DNA of 64,000 bases from positions 134,508-198,507 of the forward strand of contig JAVJQW010000011.1 in NCBI GenBank assembly GCA_040218735.1, in the 5' to 3' direction. Made by a program: the position numbers and the translations under genes. The notes under the pieces were generated by a model that saw only the letters and a list, made by a program, of their open reading frames with translations, had not been told where the DNA came from and did no database searches. The stretch comes from Deltaproteobacteria bacterium. Its GTDB lineage: Bacteria > Myxococcota > Kuafuiibacteriia > Kuafuiibacteriales > Kuafuiibacteriaceae. Below, piece after piece: positions 26,578-38,945 of this stretch (the first letter of the stretch is position 1; every line of letters begins with the position of its first letter).

Positions 26578-27312
26578 GTGGACGTGAAGAGGACTTGGTG
26601 GATCGCAGCGTTCTTGGGGGCGGGGGTTTCGGGGTGTGGTCTGGGTGCGCTGCTCAGCGCTCCGCGCATCGTCGACGCGGACAACGATGACGTCGTCTTC
26701 ATCGGCGACTCGATCTTCGCGCTGTCGGGGGAGATCCAAGCGAACCTCCACGTCCGCAACGGCGGGACGTTCCGCAACTACACCACGTCCGGCGCCGAGC
26801 TCACGGGTGGGCTGATCAACCCGTCCGTCGAGCAGCAGTTCGAGCTCGCGGTGACGGACCCGCCGAACAGCTCGATCGTGGTCATGGACGGCGGCGGCAA
26901 CGACATCCTCATCCCGGCCGTCGCGCTGTTCGATCCCTACGACTGCAAGACGCAGTGGTACGAGTTCGGGCGCCTCTCGCGCAGCTGCAAGAACTTCATC
27001 GACGACATCTACGTCGACGCGGTCGACCTGCTCGACGAGATGAGCGCAGACGGCATCGATGAGGTCGTCTACCTCGGGTACTACTACCCGAAGGCCGGCT
27101 TGCTCGGCGCCGACGACCTCGACGAAGCCGTCGACTACGGCGACATGCGCCTCGCGCAGGCGTGCAACAACTCGATCACGTCGTGTGCCTTCGTCGACCC
27201 GCGGGGCACGATCAAGAACCGCGACATCGTCGCGGACGGCGTGCACCCTTCGACGTCCGGTTCGAACAAGATCGCCGACCTCATCTGGCCGGTGCTGTCG
27301 CCGCTCCTCTGA
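26578..27312 (+). CDS. Secreted SGNH/GDSL-family lipase/esterase, lipoprotein.
   Basis: Signal peptide with a Cys lipobox (GVSGCGLG). Block I VVFIGDSIFA (GDS). GGND block II. DGVHP catalytic Asp/His block. Confidence 0.8.
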   Translation: MDVKRTWWIAAFLGAGVSGCGLGALLSAPRIVDADNDDVVFIGDSIFALSGEIQANLHVRNGGTFRNYTTSGAELTGGLINPSVEQQFELAVTDPPNSSIVVMDGGGNDILIPAVALFDPYDCKTQWYEFGRLSRSCKNFIDDIYVDAVDLLDEMSADGIDEVVYLGYYYPKAGLLGADDLDEAVDYGDMRLAQACNNSITSCAFVDPRGTIKNRDIVADGVHPSTSGSNKIADLIWPVLSPLL

Positions 27313-27980
27313 TGCGCGTCGCCCTGCTGCTGGTCGGCGCCGCGACGCTCGCTGCGCTGTTCGCGCTTCAGACGATGCACGAGGCCCCGGCGGTCGGTCC
27401 CGCCGAACGGGTCGAACGGGTCGAACGGGCTCACCGTGCCGCGGACGCAGCGCGCCCTGCGGCGCTCGTCGAACGTGCGCGCGACGCCGACCGCGACGAA
27501 GACGCGGCCCGCGCCGCGCTCCACGCGCGACTCGACGCCGCCGAAGGGTTCGATGCGCGCCTCGACGCACTGCTCGTCGCGACCTACGGCTCGACCGGAC
27601 GCATCCCGGAGCCGCTGCACCGTGGCCCGGTCGCGGAGTACTTCCTCCGCAACCCCGCCGTGCAAGCTGACTTGCAGGCCATGGCGGAAGTCGAACGGGC
27701 CGCCGCGCTCGCCCGGATGCGAACGCGCCTCGGGTTCGACGAGGAGCAGGTCGCCCGGCTCGCCGCGCGAGACCGGCGTCAGGCGGCCCGGTGGTCGAAC
27801 GGCCTCGCGTACACAGCCGCCCGCGCGAAGGTCGTCGACCGGGTCGACGACGGAGAACGCGACGCTGCGCTCGCGGCGCTCCGCACCGAATACTTCGGCG
27901 CACGCGCCGAGACGATCCGGCGGGAAGAGGAGAGCGGCTTCTTCCGGTTCGAGCGCCCGCGCATCCTCGGGCGCAACTGA
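27312..27980 (+). CDS. Membrane-anchored all-helical Ala/Arg/Glu-rich protein, translationally coupled (TGATG) to the GDSL lipase. Possibly a lipase-specific foldase (Lif-like).
   Basis: MRVALLLVGAATLAALFALQ is an N-terminal anchor, followed by long helical repeats (VERVERAHRAADAARPAAL..., EYFLRNPAVQADLQ). Its ATG overlaps the lipase stop. The assignment rests on composition and position, not on confident family motifs. Confidence 0.5.
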   Translation: MRVALLLVGAATLAALFALQTMHEAPAVGPAERVERVERAHRAADAARPAALVERARDADRDEDAARAALHARLDAAEGFDARLDALLVATYGSTGRIPEPLHRGPVAEYFLRNPAVQADLQAMAEVERAAALARMRTRLGFDEEQVARLAARDRRQAARWSNGLAYTAARAKVVDRVDDGERDAALAALRTEYFGARAETIRREEESGFFRFERPRILGRN

Positions 27981-27982
27981 CG

Positions 27983-29743
27983 TCAGCGCTGGCCGAGTCG
28001 CACGAGGCGACCGGGGCGCTCGCCGGTGAGCTCGCCGTCCTTCGCGATCTCGGTCCCGGCCACGAACGTCGACACGTACCCCTCGGCGAACTGCAGCAGG
28101 CGCTGCCCGCCCGCGGGGAGGTCGCGGCGCATCTCGGGGGAGCGCAGCTTCAGGCGATCGAAGTCGATGATGTTGACGTCCGCGCGCTGGCCGACTTCGA
28201 GCGTCCCGCGATCGTCGAAGCCGATGAACCGCGCGGTGTCGCGCGTCTGCTTCTTCACCAGCCGCTCCAGCTCGAAGCGGCCCCGTTCACGATCGCGACC
28301 CCAGTGGGTGAGCAGGAACGTCGGGAAGCTCGCGTCGCAGATCGTCCCGACGTGCGCGCCGCCGTCGGAGAGGCCCGGCAGCGACGCGGGGTGGTCGAGC
28401 ATCGTCCGTACGTTGTCGAGGTTGAGCTCGGTGTAGTTGTAGAAGGGGAAGTACAGGAGCGCCTTGCCGTCCTGGTCGAGGAGCGCGTCGTAGAGCACGT
28501 CGAGCATCCCGCGGTTTTCGCCCATCGCCTCCGCGAACAGACACGTCGTCGGGCCCGGCTCGTAGTCCGGCTCCTCGCCGAGGCGGTAGAGGCGCTTCGC
28601 GACGAGGTCGAGGTTCGCGAGGAAGTGATCCGCGATCGGCGGAATCGGGCTCCCGTCGCCGGAGACGCGCTCCGACTTCTCCGTGAGCATCTTCGCCTTC
28701 AGCGCCGGATCACGCATGCGCTTCACACGCTCTTCGAGCGGCAGGTGCGCGATGGCCTTGTAGCTCGGGAAGCCCATGAACGGCTGGAACGTCGCCTCGA
28801 GCCCGAGCAGCACACCGATCGCACGCGGCGCGACCTGCACGTGCATCGAGAGCCCGGACGCGTTGGCCTTCTCGACCCGCTCCAGGATGCGCCGCCACTG
28901 GTTCGGCTCCTGGTCGCGCTGCATCAAGGAGATCGACATCCTGTGCCCCGCGCCCGCGCGCGCCATCGACTCGATGATGTCGAACTCGGGATCGAAGCGC
29001 TCGGGCCCGACCGCCATGTCGAAGTCACTCACCGCCTGGAGCACGCCGTGGCCGAGGCCCTCGAACGCACCGGCGATCGTCATGAGTTCGCGCGCCGCCG
29101 CCTCGGAGGCCGGCGTCGCCTCCCCCTTCGCGCTGCGGTGGTTGTCGCTGCGGCCCGTCGAGAAGCCGACCGCCCCCGCCTGTAGCGAAGCGCGCACGTG
29201 GTTCTTCATCGCGGCGAGGTCGTCGTCGGTCGCCGCTTCGTTCGCCGCGCCGCGCTCACCCATCACGAACACCCGCAGCGCGTCGTGCGGAACCTGCACC
29301 GCGAAGTCGATCGCGTGCGCGAACGAGTCGATCTTGTCCATGTACTCGGAGAACTTCGACCAGCCCCACGTGAGCCCCTCGGAGAGCGCGGTGCCCGGGA
29401 TGTCCTCGACGCCCTCCATCAGCTCGATCAACCGGTCGTGGTCCGTGTCGCGCACCGGCGCGAAGCCGACGCCGCAGGACCCCATCACGCAGGTGGTGAC
29501 GCCGTGGATCGACGAGGGCGCGAGGTCCGCGTCCCAGGAGACCTGGCCGTCGTAGTGCGTGTGGATGTCGACGAAGCCGGGGGTCACGAGCGCGCCCTCC
29601 GCGTCGACGGTGCGCGCCGCCGACTCGGGCGCGTCGCCCACCGCGACGATCTTGCCGTCCTTGATGCCGAGGTCACCGGTGCGCCGGGTCGCTCCGGTGC
29701 CATCGATGATCGTGCCGCCGCGGATCTTCAGGTCGTACGCCAT
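27983..29743 (-). CDS. N-acyl-D-amino-acid deacylase (D-aminoacylase, amidohydrolase superfamily).
   Basis: [37 protein letters not shown]...[13 protein letters not shown]...[16 protein letters not shown]. Confidence 0.85.
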   Translation of the reverse strand: MAYDLKIRGGTIIDGTGATRRTGDLGIKDGKIVAVGDAPESAARTVDAEGALVTPGFVDIHTHYDGQVSWDADLAPSSIHGVTTCVMGSCGVGFAPVRDTDHDRLIELMEGVEDIPGTALSEGLTWGWSKFSEYMDKIDSFAHAIDFAVQVPHDALRVFVMGERGAANEAATDDDLAAMKNHVRASLQAGAVGFSTGRSDNHRSAKGEATPASEAAARELMTIAGAFEGLGHGVLQAVSDFDMAVGPERFDPEFDIIESMARAGAGHRMSISLMQRDQEPNQWRRILERVEKANASGLSMHVQVAPRAIGVLLGLEATFQPFMGFPSYKAIAHLPLEERVKRMRDPALKAKMLTEKSERVSGDGSPIPPIADHFLANLDLVAKRLYRLGEEPDYEPGPTTCLFAEAMGENRGMLDVLYDALLDQDGKALLYFPFYNYTELNLDNVRTMLDHPASLPGLSDGGAHVGTICDASFPTFLLTHWGRDRERGRFELERLVKKQTRDTARFIGFDDRGTLEVGQRADVNIIDFDRLKLRSPEMRRDLPAGGQRLLQFAEGYVSTFVAGTEIAKDGELTGERPGRLVRLGQR

Positions 29744-29823
29744 GAACGAGTCATCTCAGAATTTAACCGATCGGTCAAATCCGACATCGGGAGGACCGAC
29801 CCCGTGCGACACGGCGTCCCACG

Positions 29824-30396
29824 GTGCGGTATGCCAAGATGATGCAGAAGATCGCGTTCGTCGCCGCGCTGGTGCTCGTCGGTTGTAAGCCACCGCCTCC
29901 CGCGGCTTCGACTTCGACGCTGTCGCCTCAGCCCGTCGACCTCACGGCGCTGACCCGGCTGACGCGCCCCGAGAGCACCACGGGCGAGCTGGTGTACGTG
30001 CCCATCTACTCCAGCACACCGCCGCAGGTCGGCAACTCCCGCTTCCCGCTCACGGCGATTCTGAGCGTGCACAACGTCGCGCTCGAGGGGCGCCTCGCGC
30101 TCACCGCGGTCACGTACTTCGATACGGCCGGGCGCCGGCTGAAGGAGATGGTCGAAGCCGACACCGTCCTCGGCCCGCTCGAAACGAAGCAGTTCGTCAT
30201 CCCCGCCCGCGATCAGAGCGGCGGAACCGGCGCGAACTTCGTCGTGAAGTGGGAGGCCGAAGCCGAGACCCCGCGCCCCGTGATCGAGGCCCTCATGATC
30301 TCGACCACGTCCGCGCAGGGGGTGTCGTTCACGACCCAGGGCACGGTCATCCAGAAGCTCAGCCGCGAGGCCCCGAGCGACGGACGCGATGACTGA
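29824..30396 (+). CDS. Lipoprotein, DUF3124-like.
   Basis: MRYAKMMQKIAFVAALVLVGCKPPPP lipobox. 190 aa, beta-rich. Confidence 0.55.
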   Translation: MRYAKMMQKIAFVAALVLVGCKPPPPAASTSTLSPQPVDLTALTRLTRPESTTGELVYVPIYSSTPPQVGNSRFPLTAILSVHNVALEGRLALTAVTYFDTAGRRLKEMVEADTVLGPLETKQFVIPARDQSGGTGANFVVKWEAEAETPRPVIEALMISTTSAQGVSFTTQGTVIQKLSREAPSDGRDD

Positions 30397-30452
30397 AAAA
30401 ACGAAAGGCGCGCTACCTACCGGCAACGCGCCCTTCGAAATCCTCGCTGGAG

Positions 30453-30534
30453 TGCGGCGGGGGAGACTCGAACTCCCATACCTCTCGGCGCCACCCCCTC
30501 AAGATGGTGTGTCTACCAATTTCACCACCGCCGC
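30453..30534 (-). tRNA. tRNA-Leu (anticodon GAG). Type II, CCA not encoded.
   Basis: Manual fold of the reverse complement. Acceptor GCGGCGG pairs with CCGCCGC. D-stem GTG/CAC. Anticodon stem CCATC/GGTGG with loop TTGAGGG, so anticodon GAG with U33. 13-nt variable arm. T-arm GGGAG-TTCGAGT-CTCCC. Discriminator A. Lies immediately downstream of secG. Confidence 0.85.
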
Positions 30535-30583
30535 ATAGGCGAGGACCGGACCTTTACGAAGCAATTTTCTTTTCGTCAACGAT

Positions 30584-30922
30584 TCACTGCGCGGCAGTGG
30601 ACGATGCCGCAGGGGGCGTCGCCTGGTCACCCGAAGGCGTCGTCGTCGACTCGGTGGTCTGCTCGGTCTTGATGTCGCTGACGACCGAACGATCCCGCGA
30701 AGAGAGCCAAGACAGGCTCATGCTCGTCACCATGAAGACGACCGCGCAGCCCGTGGTCATCTTCGTGAGGAAGTTGCTCGCGCCGCGGCTGCCGAACACC
30801 GTCCCCGCACCGCCGCCGCCGAACACGGCGGAGACGCCGCCGCCCTTACCGGACTGCAGCAAGATGACGGGAAGCATCCCGATGCACACGAGCACGTGGA
30901 GGATGGTCAGCGCGGTCTCCAT
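30584..30922 (-). CDS. secG: Preprotein translocase subunit SecG.
   Basis: LPVILLQSGKGGGVSAVFGGGGAGTVFGSRGASNFLTK, with two TMs. Confidence 0.9.
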   Translation of the reverse strand: METALTILHVLVCIGMLPVILLQSGKGGGVSAVFGGGGAGTVFGSRGASNFLTKMTTGCAVVFMVTSMSLSWLSSRDRSVVSDIKTEQTTESTTTPSGDQATPPAASSTAAQ

Positions 30923-30964
30923 GGCGAGGGGGCGTTTTGCCCAAGGCCTCCTACGTTGTCAAGC

Positions 30965-31723
30965 TCAGGCCGCCGCGGCGCAGATCTCGGCGAACGAGTC
31001 CGCCTTCAGCGCCGCGCCGCCGATGAGGCCGCCGTCGATGTCGGGCTGCGCGAGCAGCTCCGCCGCGTTGGCGGGTTTCATCGAGCCGCCGTACTGGATC
31101 CGAACCGCCTGAGCGGTCTCGTCGCCCCACTTCTTGGCCAGCTCGGCCCGAAGGTGCGCGTGGACCTCCTGCGCCTGGTCCGGCGTCGCGGTGCGGCCGG
31201 TGCCGATGGCCCAGACCGGCTCGTAGGCCACCACCACGTTCGAGACCTGGCCCGCGTCGAGGTTGCCGAGGCCGACCAGCAGCTGCTCGGTGACGACCGG
31301 CAGGGTCTGGTTGCCGTCACGCTGTTCGAGCGTCTCCCCCACGCAGTAGATCGGCAGGAGGCCGCTCGCGAACAGCGCGCTGATCTTCTTCGCGCAGCTG
31401 TCGTTCGTCTCGCCGAACAGCGTGCGCCGCTCGCTGTGCCCGACGAGGCTGTACATGCAGCCCACGTCCTTCAGCATCCCGACCGAGATCTCCCCGGTGA
31501 ACGCGCCCTGCCCCTCGAAGTGGCAGTTCTGCGCGGACAGTCGGATCTTCGATCCGGTGATGCGCTTGCTGACGGCGTGCAGCGCCGTGAACGTCGGCGC
31601 GACGCCGACCTCGACGCCCGCGAGTGATTCGATGCGGGGCAGCAGCCCGTCGATCAGCTCGACGGCCTCGCCGACCGTCTTGTGCATCTTCCAGTTGCCG
31701 CAGATGAAGGGTGTACGCGCCAT
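30965..31723 (-). CDS. tpiA: Triosephosphate isomerase.
   Basis: MARTPFICGNWKMHKT...VGHSERR...AYEPVWAIGTG. Confidence 0.95.
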   Translation of the reverse strand: MARTPFICGNWKMHKTVGEAVELIDGLLPRIESLAGVEVGVAPTFTALHAVSKRITGSKIRLSAQNCHFEGQGAFTGEISVGMLKDVGCMYSLVGHSERRTLFGETNDSCAKKISALFASGLLPIYCVGETLEQRDGNQTLPVVTEQLLVGLGNLDAGQVSNVVVAYEPVWAIGTGRTATPDQAQEVHAHLRAELAKKWGDETAQAVRIQYGGSMKPANAAELLAQPDIDGGLIGGAALKADSFAEICAAAA

Positions 31724-31738
31724 CGTCTTGTCTTCCTT

Positions 31739-32914
31739 TCAGCCTTCCAGCGCCTTCACGCCGGGGAGGGTCTTGCCCTCGATGAGCTCCAGGCTCGCGC
31801 CGCCACCGGTCGACACGTGCGTGATCTTGTCCGCGAGGCCCGTCTTGTTGAGCGCCGCGACCGAGTCGCCACCGCCCACGACGGACGTCCCCGCGCTGTC
31901 CGCGACCGCCGCGGCGATCGCCTCGGTGCCCGCCGCGAAGCTCTCCCACTCGAACACGCCCATCGGCCCGTTCCAGAAGATCGTCTTCGCCTCGCGGATG
32001 ACCTGCGCGTAGCGCTCGCGGGTCTTCGGCCCGATGTCGAGCCCCATGAACCCGTCGCGGATCTCCGTGACCGTCTCGGGCGTCGCGTTCTCGTCGAACG
32101 ACGCCGCGACCACGTGATCCTCGGGCAACAACAGCTGCACCTTGCGCGCCTGCGCCGCCTTGATGATCTGCTCCGCCGACGTCAGCGCGTCGGACTCGAC
32201 GCGGCTGTTGCCGACGTTCTTCCCGCGCGCCTTCAGCAACGTGTACGCCATCGCGCCGCCGATCATCAGCGCGCTGCAGCGCTGCACCAGGCTGTTGAGG
32301 ACGCCGAGTTTGTCGCTGACCTTCGCCCCGCCGACGATCGCCACGAACGGCGCGACGGGGTTGTCGAGGATCTTCCCGAGGTGGTCGAGCTCGCGCTTCA
32401 TCAGCAGGCCGGCGCCCTTGTCGCGGACGAACCGCACCATGCCGGTCGTCGACGCGTGCGCGCGGTGCGCGGCGCCGAACGCGTCGTTCACGTAGACGTC
32501 CACGCCCTCGGCGAGCGCGCGCGCGAACTCTTCGTCGTTCTTCTCCTCCGCCGCGTGGAAGCGGAGGTTCTCGAGCACCAGGACGTCGCCCTCGCGGAGG
32601 TCCTTGATGTTCTTCTTCACGCCGTCACCGACGCAGTCGTCCGCGAACGTCACCTCCTTGTCGAGCAGCTCCGACAGCCGCGCGGCCGCCGGCTCGAGCG
32701 ACATGTCCGGGTCCCGCTTCCCCTTCGGCCGCCCGAGGTGCGACGCGATGACGAGGCGCGCGCCCTTGTCGATCGCGAGCTGGATCGTCGGCAGCGCGGC
32801 GCGGATGCGGGTGTCGTCGCTGACCTGCCCGTCGGGCGTCAGCGGGACGTTGAAGTCGACACGGATGAAGGTGACCCGACCCTGCAGGTCGAGGTCGGCG
32901 ATGGACTGGATCAT
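31739..32914 (-). CDS. pgk: Phosphoglycerate kinase.
   Basis: RVDFNVP...ASHLGRPKG...[10 protein letters not shown]...GGGDS. Confidence 0.95.
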   Translation of the reverse strand: MIQSIADLDLQGRVTFIRVDFNVPLTPDGQVSDDTRIRAALPTIQLAIDKGARLVIASHLGRPKGKRDPDMSLEPAAARLSELLDKEVTFADDCVGDGVKKNIKDLREGDVLVLENLRFHAAEEKNDEEFARALAEGVDVYVNDAFGAAHRAHASTTGMVRFVRDKGAGLLMKRELDHLGKILDNPVAPFVAIVGGAKVSDKLGVLNSLVQRCSALMIGGAMAYTLLKARGKNVGNSRVESDALTSAEQIIKAAQARKVQLLLPEDHVVAASFDENATPETVTEIRDGFMGLDIGPKTRERYAQVIREAKTIFWNGPMGVFEWESFAAGTEAIAAAVADSAGTSVVGGGDSVAALNKTGLADKITHVSTGGGASLELIEGKTLPGVKALEG

Positions 32915-32978
32915 GGGAGGCCTCTCGCAGCAGCGGGTCGGGGCCCCGCGGCGCGCGAGGCCCCGTTTCGAACAGCTT

Positions 32979-33998
32979 CTAGGACGACTGCTTCGCCATG
33001 TAGTTGGCGATGTCGACGACGCGGCTCGAGTAACCCCACTCGTTGTCGTACCAGGAGACGACCTTGACCATGCGCTTCTCCATGACGTCCGTGAGCGCAG
33101 AGTCGACGGTCGAGCTGTTGGCGTTGCCGATGAAGTCGATCGACACCAGCGGCTTGTCGCTCACGCCGAGCACACCCTTCATCGGGCCGTTCGCCGCAGC
33201 GTTGAGCGCCGCGTTGACCTCTTCCTTCGTCACGTCCTTGCTGACGTTGGCGACGAGGTCGACGAGCGAGACGTCCTTGGTCGGGACGCGCACCGCGAAG
33301 CCGTTCAGCTTGCCGGCGAGCTCCGGGAGCACGAGGCCGACGGCCTTCGCGGCGCCGGTCGTCGTCGGGATCATCGACTCGAACGCAGCGCGCGCGCGGC
33401 GGTAGTCCTTGTGCGGCAGGTCGAGGATCTGCTGGTCGTTCGTGACCGCGTGGATCGTCGTCATCAGGCCGTGCTCGATCCCGAACGAGTCGTTCAGGAC
33501 CTTCGCGACGGGCGCGAGGCAGTTCGTGGTGCACGACGCGTTCGACACGAGGAAGTGCTTCGAGGCGTCGAACGTCTCGTGGTTCACGCCGTAGGCGAGC
33601 GTCGCGTCGACGTTCTTGCCCGGCGCGCTGATCAGCACGCGCTTGGCGCCGGCCTGGACGTGCATCTTGGCCTTCTCGCCGTCCGTGAAGATGCCGGTCG
33701 ACTCGATGACGATGTCGACGCCCATCTCGCCCCACGGGAGCTTCGTCGGGTCGCGTTCGGCGAGCGTCTTGATCGACTTGCCGTCGACGATGATCTCGTT
33801 GTCACCCTGCGCGACGGTGCCGTCGTACTTGCCGTGCACCGAGTCGTACTCGAGCAGGTGCGCGAGCATCGCGTCGTCGGTCAGGTCGTTGATCGCGACG
33901 ACCTCCAGGTTGTGGTTGGTGCTCTTGTTCAGCGCCCGAAGGACGCAGCGGCCGATTCGGCCGAACCCGTTGATCGCAATGCGCGTCATCTCTCCCAT
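32979..33998 (-). CDS. gap: Glyceraldehyde-3-phosphate dehydrogenase.
   Basis: [12 protein letters not shown]...[12 protein letters not shown]...WYDNEWGYS. Confidence 0.95.
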   Translation of the reverse strand: MGEMTRIAINGFGRIGRCVLRALNKSTNHNLEVVAINDLTDDAMLAHLLEYDSVHGKYDGTVAQGDNEIIVDGKSIKTLAERDPTKLPWGEMGVDIVIESTGIFTDGEKAKMHVQAGAKRVLISAPGKNVDATLAYGVNHETFDASKHFLVSNASCTTNCLAPVAKVLNDSFGIEHGLMTTIHAVTNDQQILDLPHKDYRRARAAFESMIPTTTGAAKAVGLVLPELAGKLNGFAVRVPTKDVSLVDLVANVSKDVTKEEVNAALNAAANGPMKGVLGVSDKPLVSIDFIGNANSSTVDSALTDVMEKRMVKVVSWYDNEWGYSSRVVDIANYMAKQSS

Positions 33999-34119
33999 AC
34001 CTCCAGGCAGCGTGGTTGCTCGGCGCGGTTGATTTAGCGCGGCGCGTCAGCCGAGCGCGCTGCCGCGCACCGTGTAAGAGATCGCTTCAGCCCCGTCAAG
34101 GTGTGGCGTTCGCACCGGC

Positions 34120-35760
<1,641 letters not shown>

Positions 35761-35767
35761 CGGGGCA

Positions 35768-36593
35768 TCACTCGGGGCGCGTGACGCCGGCCAGGCAACT
35801 GGCCGGCGTCGAAGCCGTCGTCATCCTCACCGGGAGCGCGTCGATTCCGCTGACCAACACGCGGTCGTCTTCGGTGCGGGGACCGCTCGCGGTCGCGCTG
35901 ATGTAACAGTCCTTCACCACGTCGACGGAGCTGAGCTCGGTCGGTCGGACGAAGTGCGTCGGCCACAGCACATCGGTGTTCGCCGACGCGCCCGACGGGA
36001 GGCGCGCGACCGCGAAGCGACCGTCGTGGGTCCAGAACCGGTGCGTGACGTCGTCCCTGGGATGGACCGCGATCTCGACGCTGTCGATCGTCGTGTCGTT
36101 CGCGGGGTCGACGAAGTGGACCGTGTACGACGACGCACCCCGAGAGACCTCCGCTACGAAGCGGCCGTCCCGGGAGGGGATGGCTTCGGTGTACGCGCCG
36201 AGCTCTGCGCGCCGCGCGAGGCGCCGCTCCCCGTTTGCGTCGACGACCAACGCGTGGTCACCGCCGGTCACCCCGCTCCACTCGAGGAGCAGATAACCGG
36301 CCGCGTGCATGTAGTAGAAGTCGCTCGGCGGCGACCCGGAACCGACGTAGAGCGTCTCGTCCTCGACGAACCCATCCGCGTCCACGCTGCCGGCGACGAT
36401 GGTGTACTCGGTGTCCTTCGAGTCCACCGGGCACCCCTCGTAGGTCACACAAACGCGCGTGCTCTCGATGTGCTCCACCATCACCGCGGCGCGGGTGCCG
36501 TCTTCCGAGAAGACCCCGGACACCACGGTGAGCGCGTGGCTCTCGCCGCAACCCGCCAGGAGCAGGAACAACCACGACCAACCTCTCGTCATG
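35768..36593 (-). CDS. Lipoprotein, hypothetical (275 aa).
   Basis: MTRGWSWLFLLLAGCGESHA lipobox at the internal ATG at 36591-36593. The upstream part of the track ORF is Arg-rich and is rejected. Confidence 0.55.
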
Positions 36594-36669
36594 GTGTTCA
36601 GCCTCGCTCGATCGCAAACCGCCCCGCAAGTCGGTACGGGCGGTGACCGCACGCACGGCTCGGCGTCGG

Positions 36670-38517
36670 CTACTTCGACGCCGTCGCCGCCTGCTTCGAC
36701 TGGATCCAGTCCTCGACCTGACGATCGAGGATCTCCAACGGCACCGCCCCGCCCTGCAGGACGGCGTCGTGGAAGCCGCGGATGTCGAAGTCGTCGCCGA
36801 GCGCTTCCTCGGCCTTCTTCCTCAGCGCCTGGATGCGCAGCATGCCGATCTTGTAGCTCGTCGCCTGCCCAGGCCACACGATGTAGCGCCGCACTTCGGA
36901 GCGCACCGACTCTTCGGGTTCGGGCGTGTTCGCCAGGAAGTATTCGATCGCCTGCTGCTCGTTCCAGCCCTTCGCGTGCAGGCCGGTGTCGACGACCAAC
37001 CGCACCGCGCGCCACATCTCGGAGGTCAGCCGGCCGAGCTCTGCGTAGGGGTCTTGGTACGTGCCCGGGATCTCCTTGGCGAGCCACTCGGAGTAGAGCG
37101 CCCAGCCCTCCATGTACGCGGTGAAGTGCGCCTGCGTTCGGAACTTCGGCACGTCCTTCAGCTCCTGCGCGATCGCGATCTGCATGTGATGGCCCGGGAT
37201 GCCTTCGTGGTACGCGATCACCTCGAGCATGTTCTTCGGCATCGCGGTCATGTCCGACAGGTGCACGTAGTAGACGCCGGGGCGCGAGCCATCGGGCGTG
37301 CCAGGGAAGTAGTGCTGCGCGGCGCCGTCACGCTCGCGGAACGGCTCGACGCGCTTCACGACGATGTCCGCCTGCGGGAGCAGACCGAAGTACTGCGGCA
37401 GCTGCTTCTTGATGTTCTCGACCGCCGCCTTCGCGTCGGTGAGGTACGCCGCGCGACCCTCGTCGGTGTTCGGGTAGTAGTTCCATTCGCCCTTGCGCAC
37501 GTGGTCGAGGAACTTCTCCAGGTCCCCTTCGAAGTCGACCTGCTTCATCACGCCCTTCATCTCTTCGCGGAGGCGCGCGACCTCCGACAGACCGAGCTCG
37601 TGGATCTGCTCGGCGTTCATGTCCGTCGTGGTGTTGGTCCACAGGCGGTACGCGTAGTACGCGGCGCCGTTGTCGCGGCTGCTCACGCCGGTAGCGATCT
37701 CGGGCGAGCGCTTCATCTCCTCCTTCGCCCACGCGATGACCTTCCCGTAGGCGGGCGCGACGTTGTCGACGAGCGCCTTCTTCGCGCGCTGCCGCATCGC
37801 TTCGGCCTCCTCGGCCGTGACCTTCTTCGCCTTCTCGAGCTTCTCGATCTCCGACTTCATGTCGGCCCACAGGCCCGAGTCGTCGCCCTCGCCGAATGGC
37901 TGTCCGGTGATGACGTTCTGGCTCTGTTCGATGACACCTTCCAGCGCGAACTTCGGGTACCGAACCCCGCGCTCGGCGGTGCCCTTCTTCGAGATCTCGA
38001 GCAGCTGATCGAACGCCGTCGGGATCGCCTCGACGCGTTTGATGTACGCGTCCATGTCCGACGCGCTCTCGACCGTGTGCACGCTGATCAGCACCGTCGG
38101 CAAGCCGCTCTGTGCGCCGTCCATCTGATGGAAGATCAAGCCGTCGTAGATGAACTTCCGCCCGCGCTCGGTGTCTTCGAGCTGGTGGACCCAGACGTCC
38201 CACGACTGCTGCTCGGCCGGCGAGAGCGCGTCACGATCGAACTTCGCCTTCATCGCCTCGACCGACTTCCGCTTCCACGCGAGGTGTTCGTCGTAACCCG
38301 CGACGGAGAAGTCGCCGAGCTCGTCGTAGCGGTCGCGGCGCCCCATGAACGTCATCTTGATCGGGCTGAACTGCAGCTCCTCTTCGAACTGCGCGTCGAG
38401 CCAACCGACGAAATCCTTCGAGACCTCATCGGTCGTGGTCTCGGCCACTCCGCCGGCGCGGCAGGCGACGACCAGGAACATCGTGACGAAGAGCGAAGCG
38501 CTGATACGGTTCTTCAC
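36670..38517 (-). CDS. DUF885-family lipoprotein (putative metallopeptidase-like fold).
   Basis: GTG start giving VKNRISASLFVTMFLVVACRAGG (lipobox). The C-terminal motif AYHEGIPGHHMQ is typical of DUF885. Confidence 0.7.
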   Translation of the reverse strand: MKNRISASLFVTMFLVVACRAGGVAETTTDEVSKDFVGWLDAQFEEELQFSPIKMTFMGRRDRYDELGDFSVAGYDEHLAWKRKSVEAMKAKFDRDALSPAEQQSWDVWVHQLEDTERGRKFIYDGLIFHQMDGAQSGLPTVLISVHTVESASDMDAYIKRVEAIPTAFDQLLEISKKGTAERGVRYPKFALEGVIEQSQNVITGQPFGEGDDSGLWADMKSEIEKLEKAKKVTAEEAEAMRQRAKKALVDNVAPAYGKVIAWAKEEMKRSPEIATGVSSRDNGAAYYAYRLWTNTTTDMNAEQIHELGLSEVARLREEMKGVMKQVDFEGDLEKFLDHVRKGEWNYYPNTDEGRAAYLTDAKAAVENIKKQLPQYFGLLPQADIVVKRVEPFRERDGAAQHYFPGTPDGSRPGVYYVHLSDMTAMPKNMLEVIAYHEGIPGHHMQIAIAQELKDVPKFRTQAHFTAYMEGWALYSEWLAKEIPGTYQDPYAELGRLTSEMWRAVRLVVDTGLHAKGWNEQQAIEYFLANTPEPEESVRSEVRRYIVWPGQATSYKIGMLRIQALRKKAEEALGDDFDIRGFHDAVLQGGAVPLEILDRQVEDWIQSKQAATASK

Positions 38518-38555
38518 GGGCGCCCTTTTGCCCCCGCTCGGGGCGCCGGGCAACC

Positions 38556-38945
38556 TCACCCGAGCGCGGCGTTCACATGTGCACGCATCGACTCCAGATC
38601 GGAATCCTTGTCGAGGAAGGCGTGTACGAAGTCGTGCGCGCGGGCGGCATCCGCATCGGCGGGCGCGATCGAGGACGTGTACATGAGCACCGCGAGGTCG
38701 GCGAGGTGGGCGTGGCGCTCGCGCAGGTCGGCGAGGCGCGGGAGGAGGTCCATACCCGAGACGATCGGCATGTTCACGTCGAGGAACACGACGTCGAAGC
38801 GACACGCTGAGTCCGCGAGGACGCGTTCGGCCTCGGCGGCGCTCGCCGCTTCCGTGATCGCGAACGATGCATCGATCTTCCGGAGGCGCCGACGCAGCAG
38901 GTAGCGTTCGTCTTCGCGGTCGTCGACGATCAGCATGTGGGTCAC
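38556..38945 (-). CDS. Stand-alone CheY-like response-regulator receiver domain.
   Basis: LIVDDREDERYLL...DVVFLDVNMP...LMYTSS...FLDKD carries the conserved receiver residues DD, D, T/S and K. ATGA overlap with the upstream kinase. Confidence 0.85.
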   Translation of the reverse strand: MTHMLIVDDREDERYLLRRRLRKIDASFAITEAASAAEAERVLADSACRFDVVFLDVNMPIVSGMDLLPRLADLRERHAHLADLAVLMYTSSIAPADADAARAHDFVHAFLDKDSDLESMRAHVNAALG

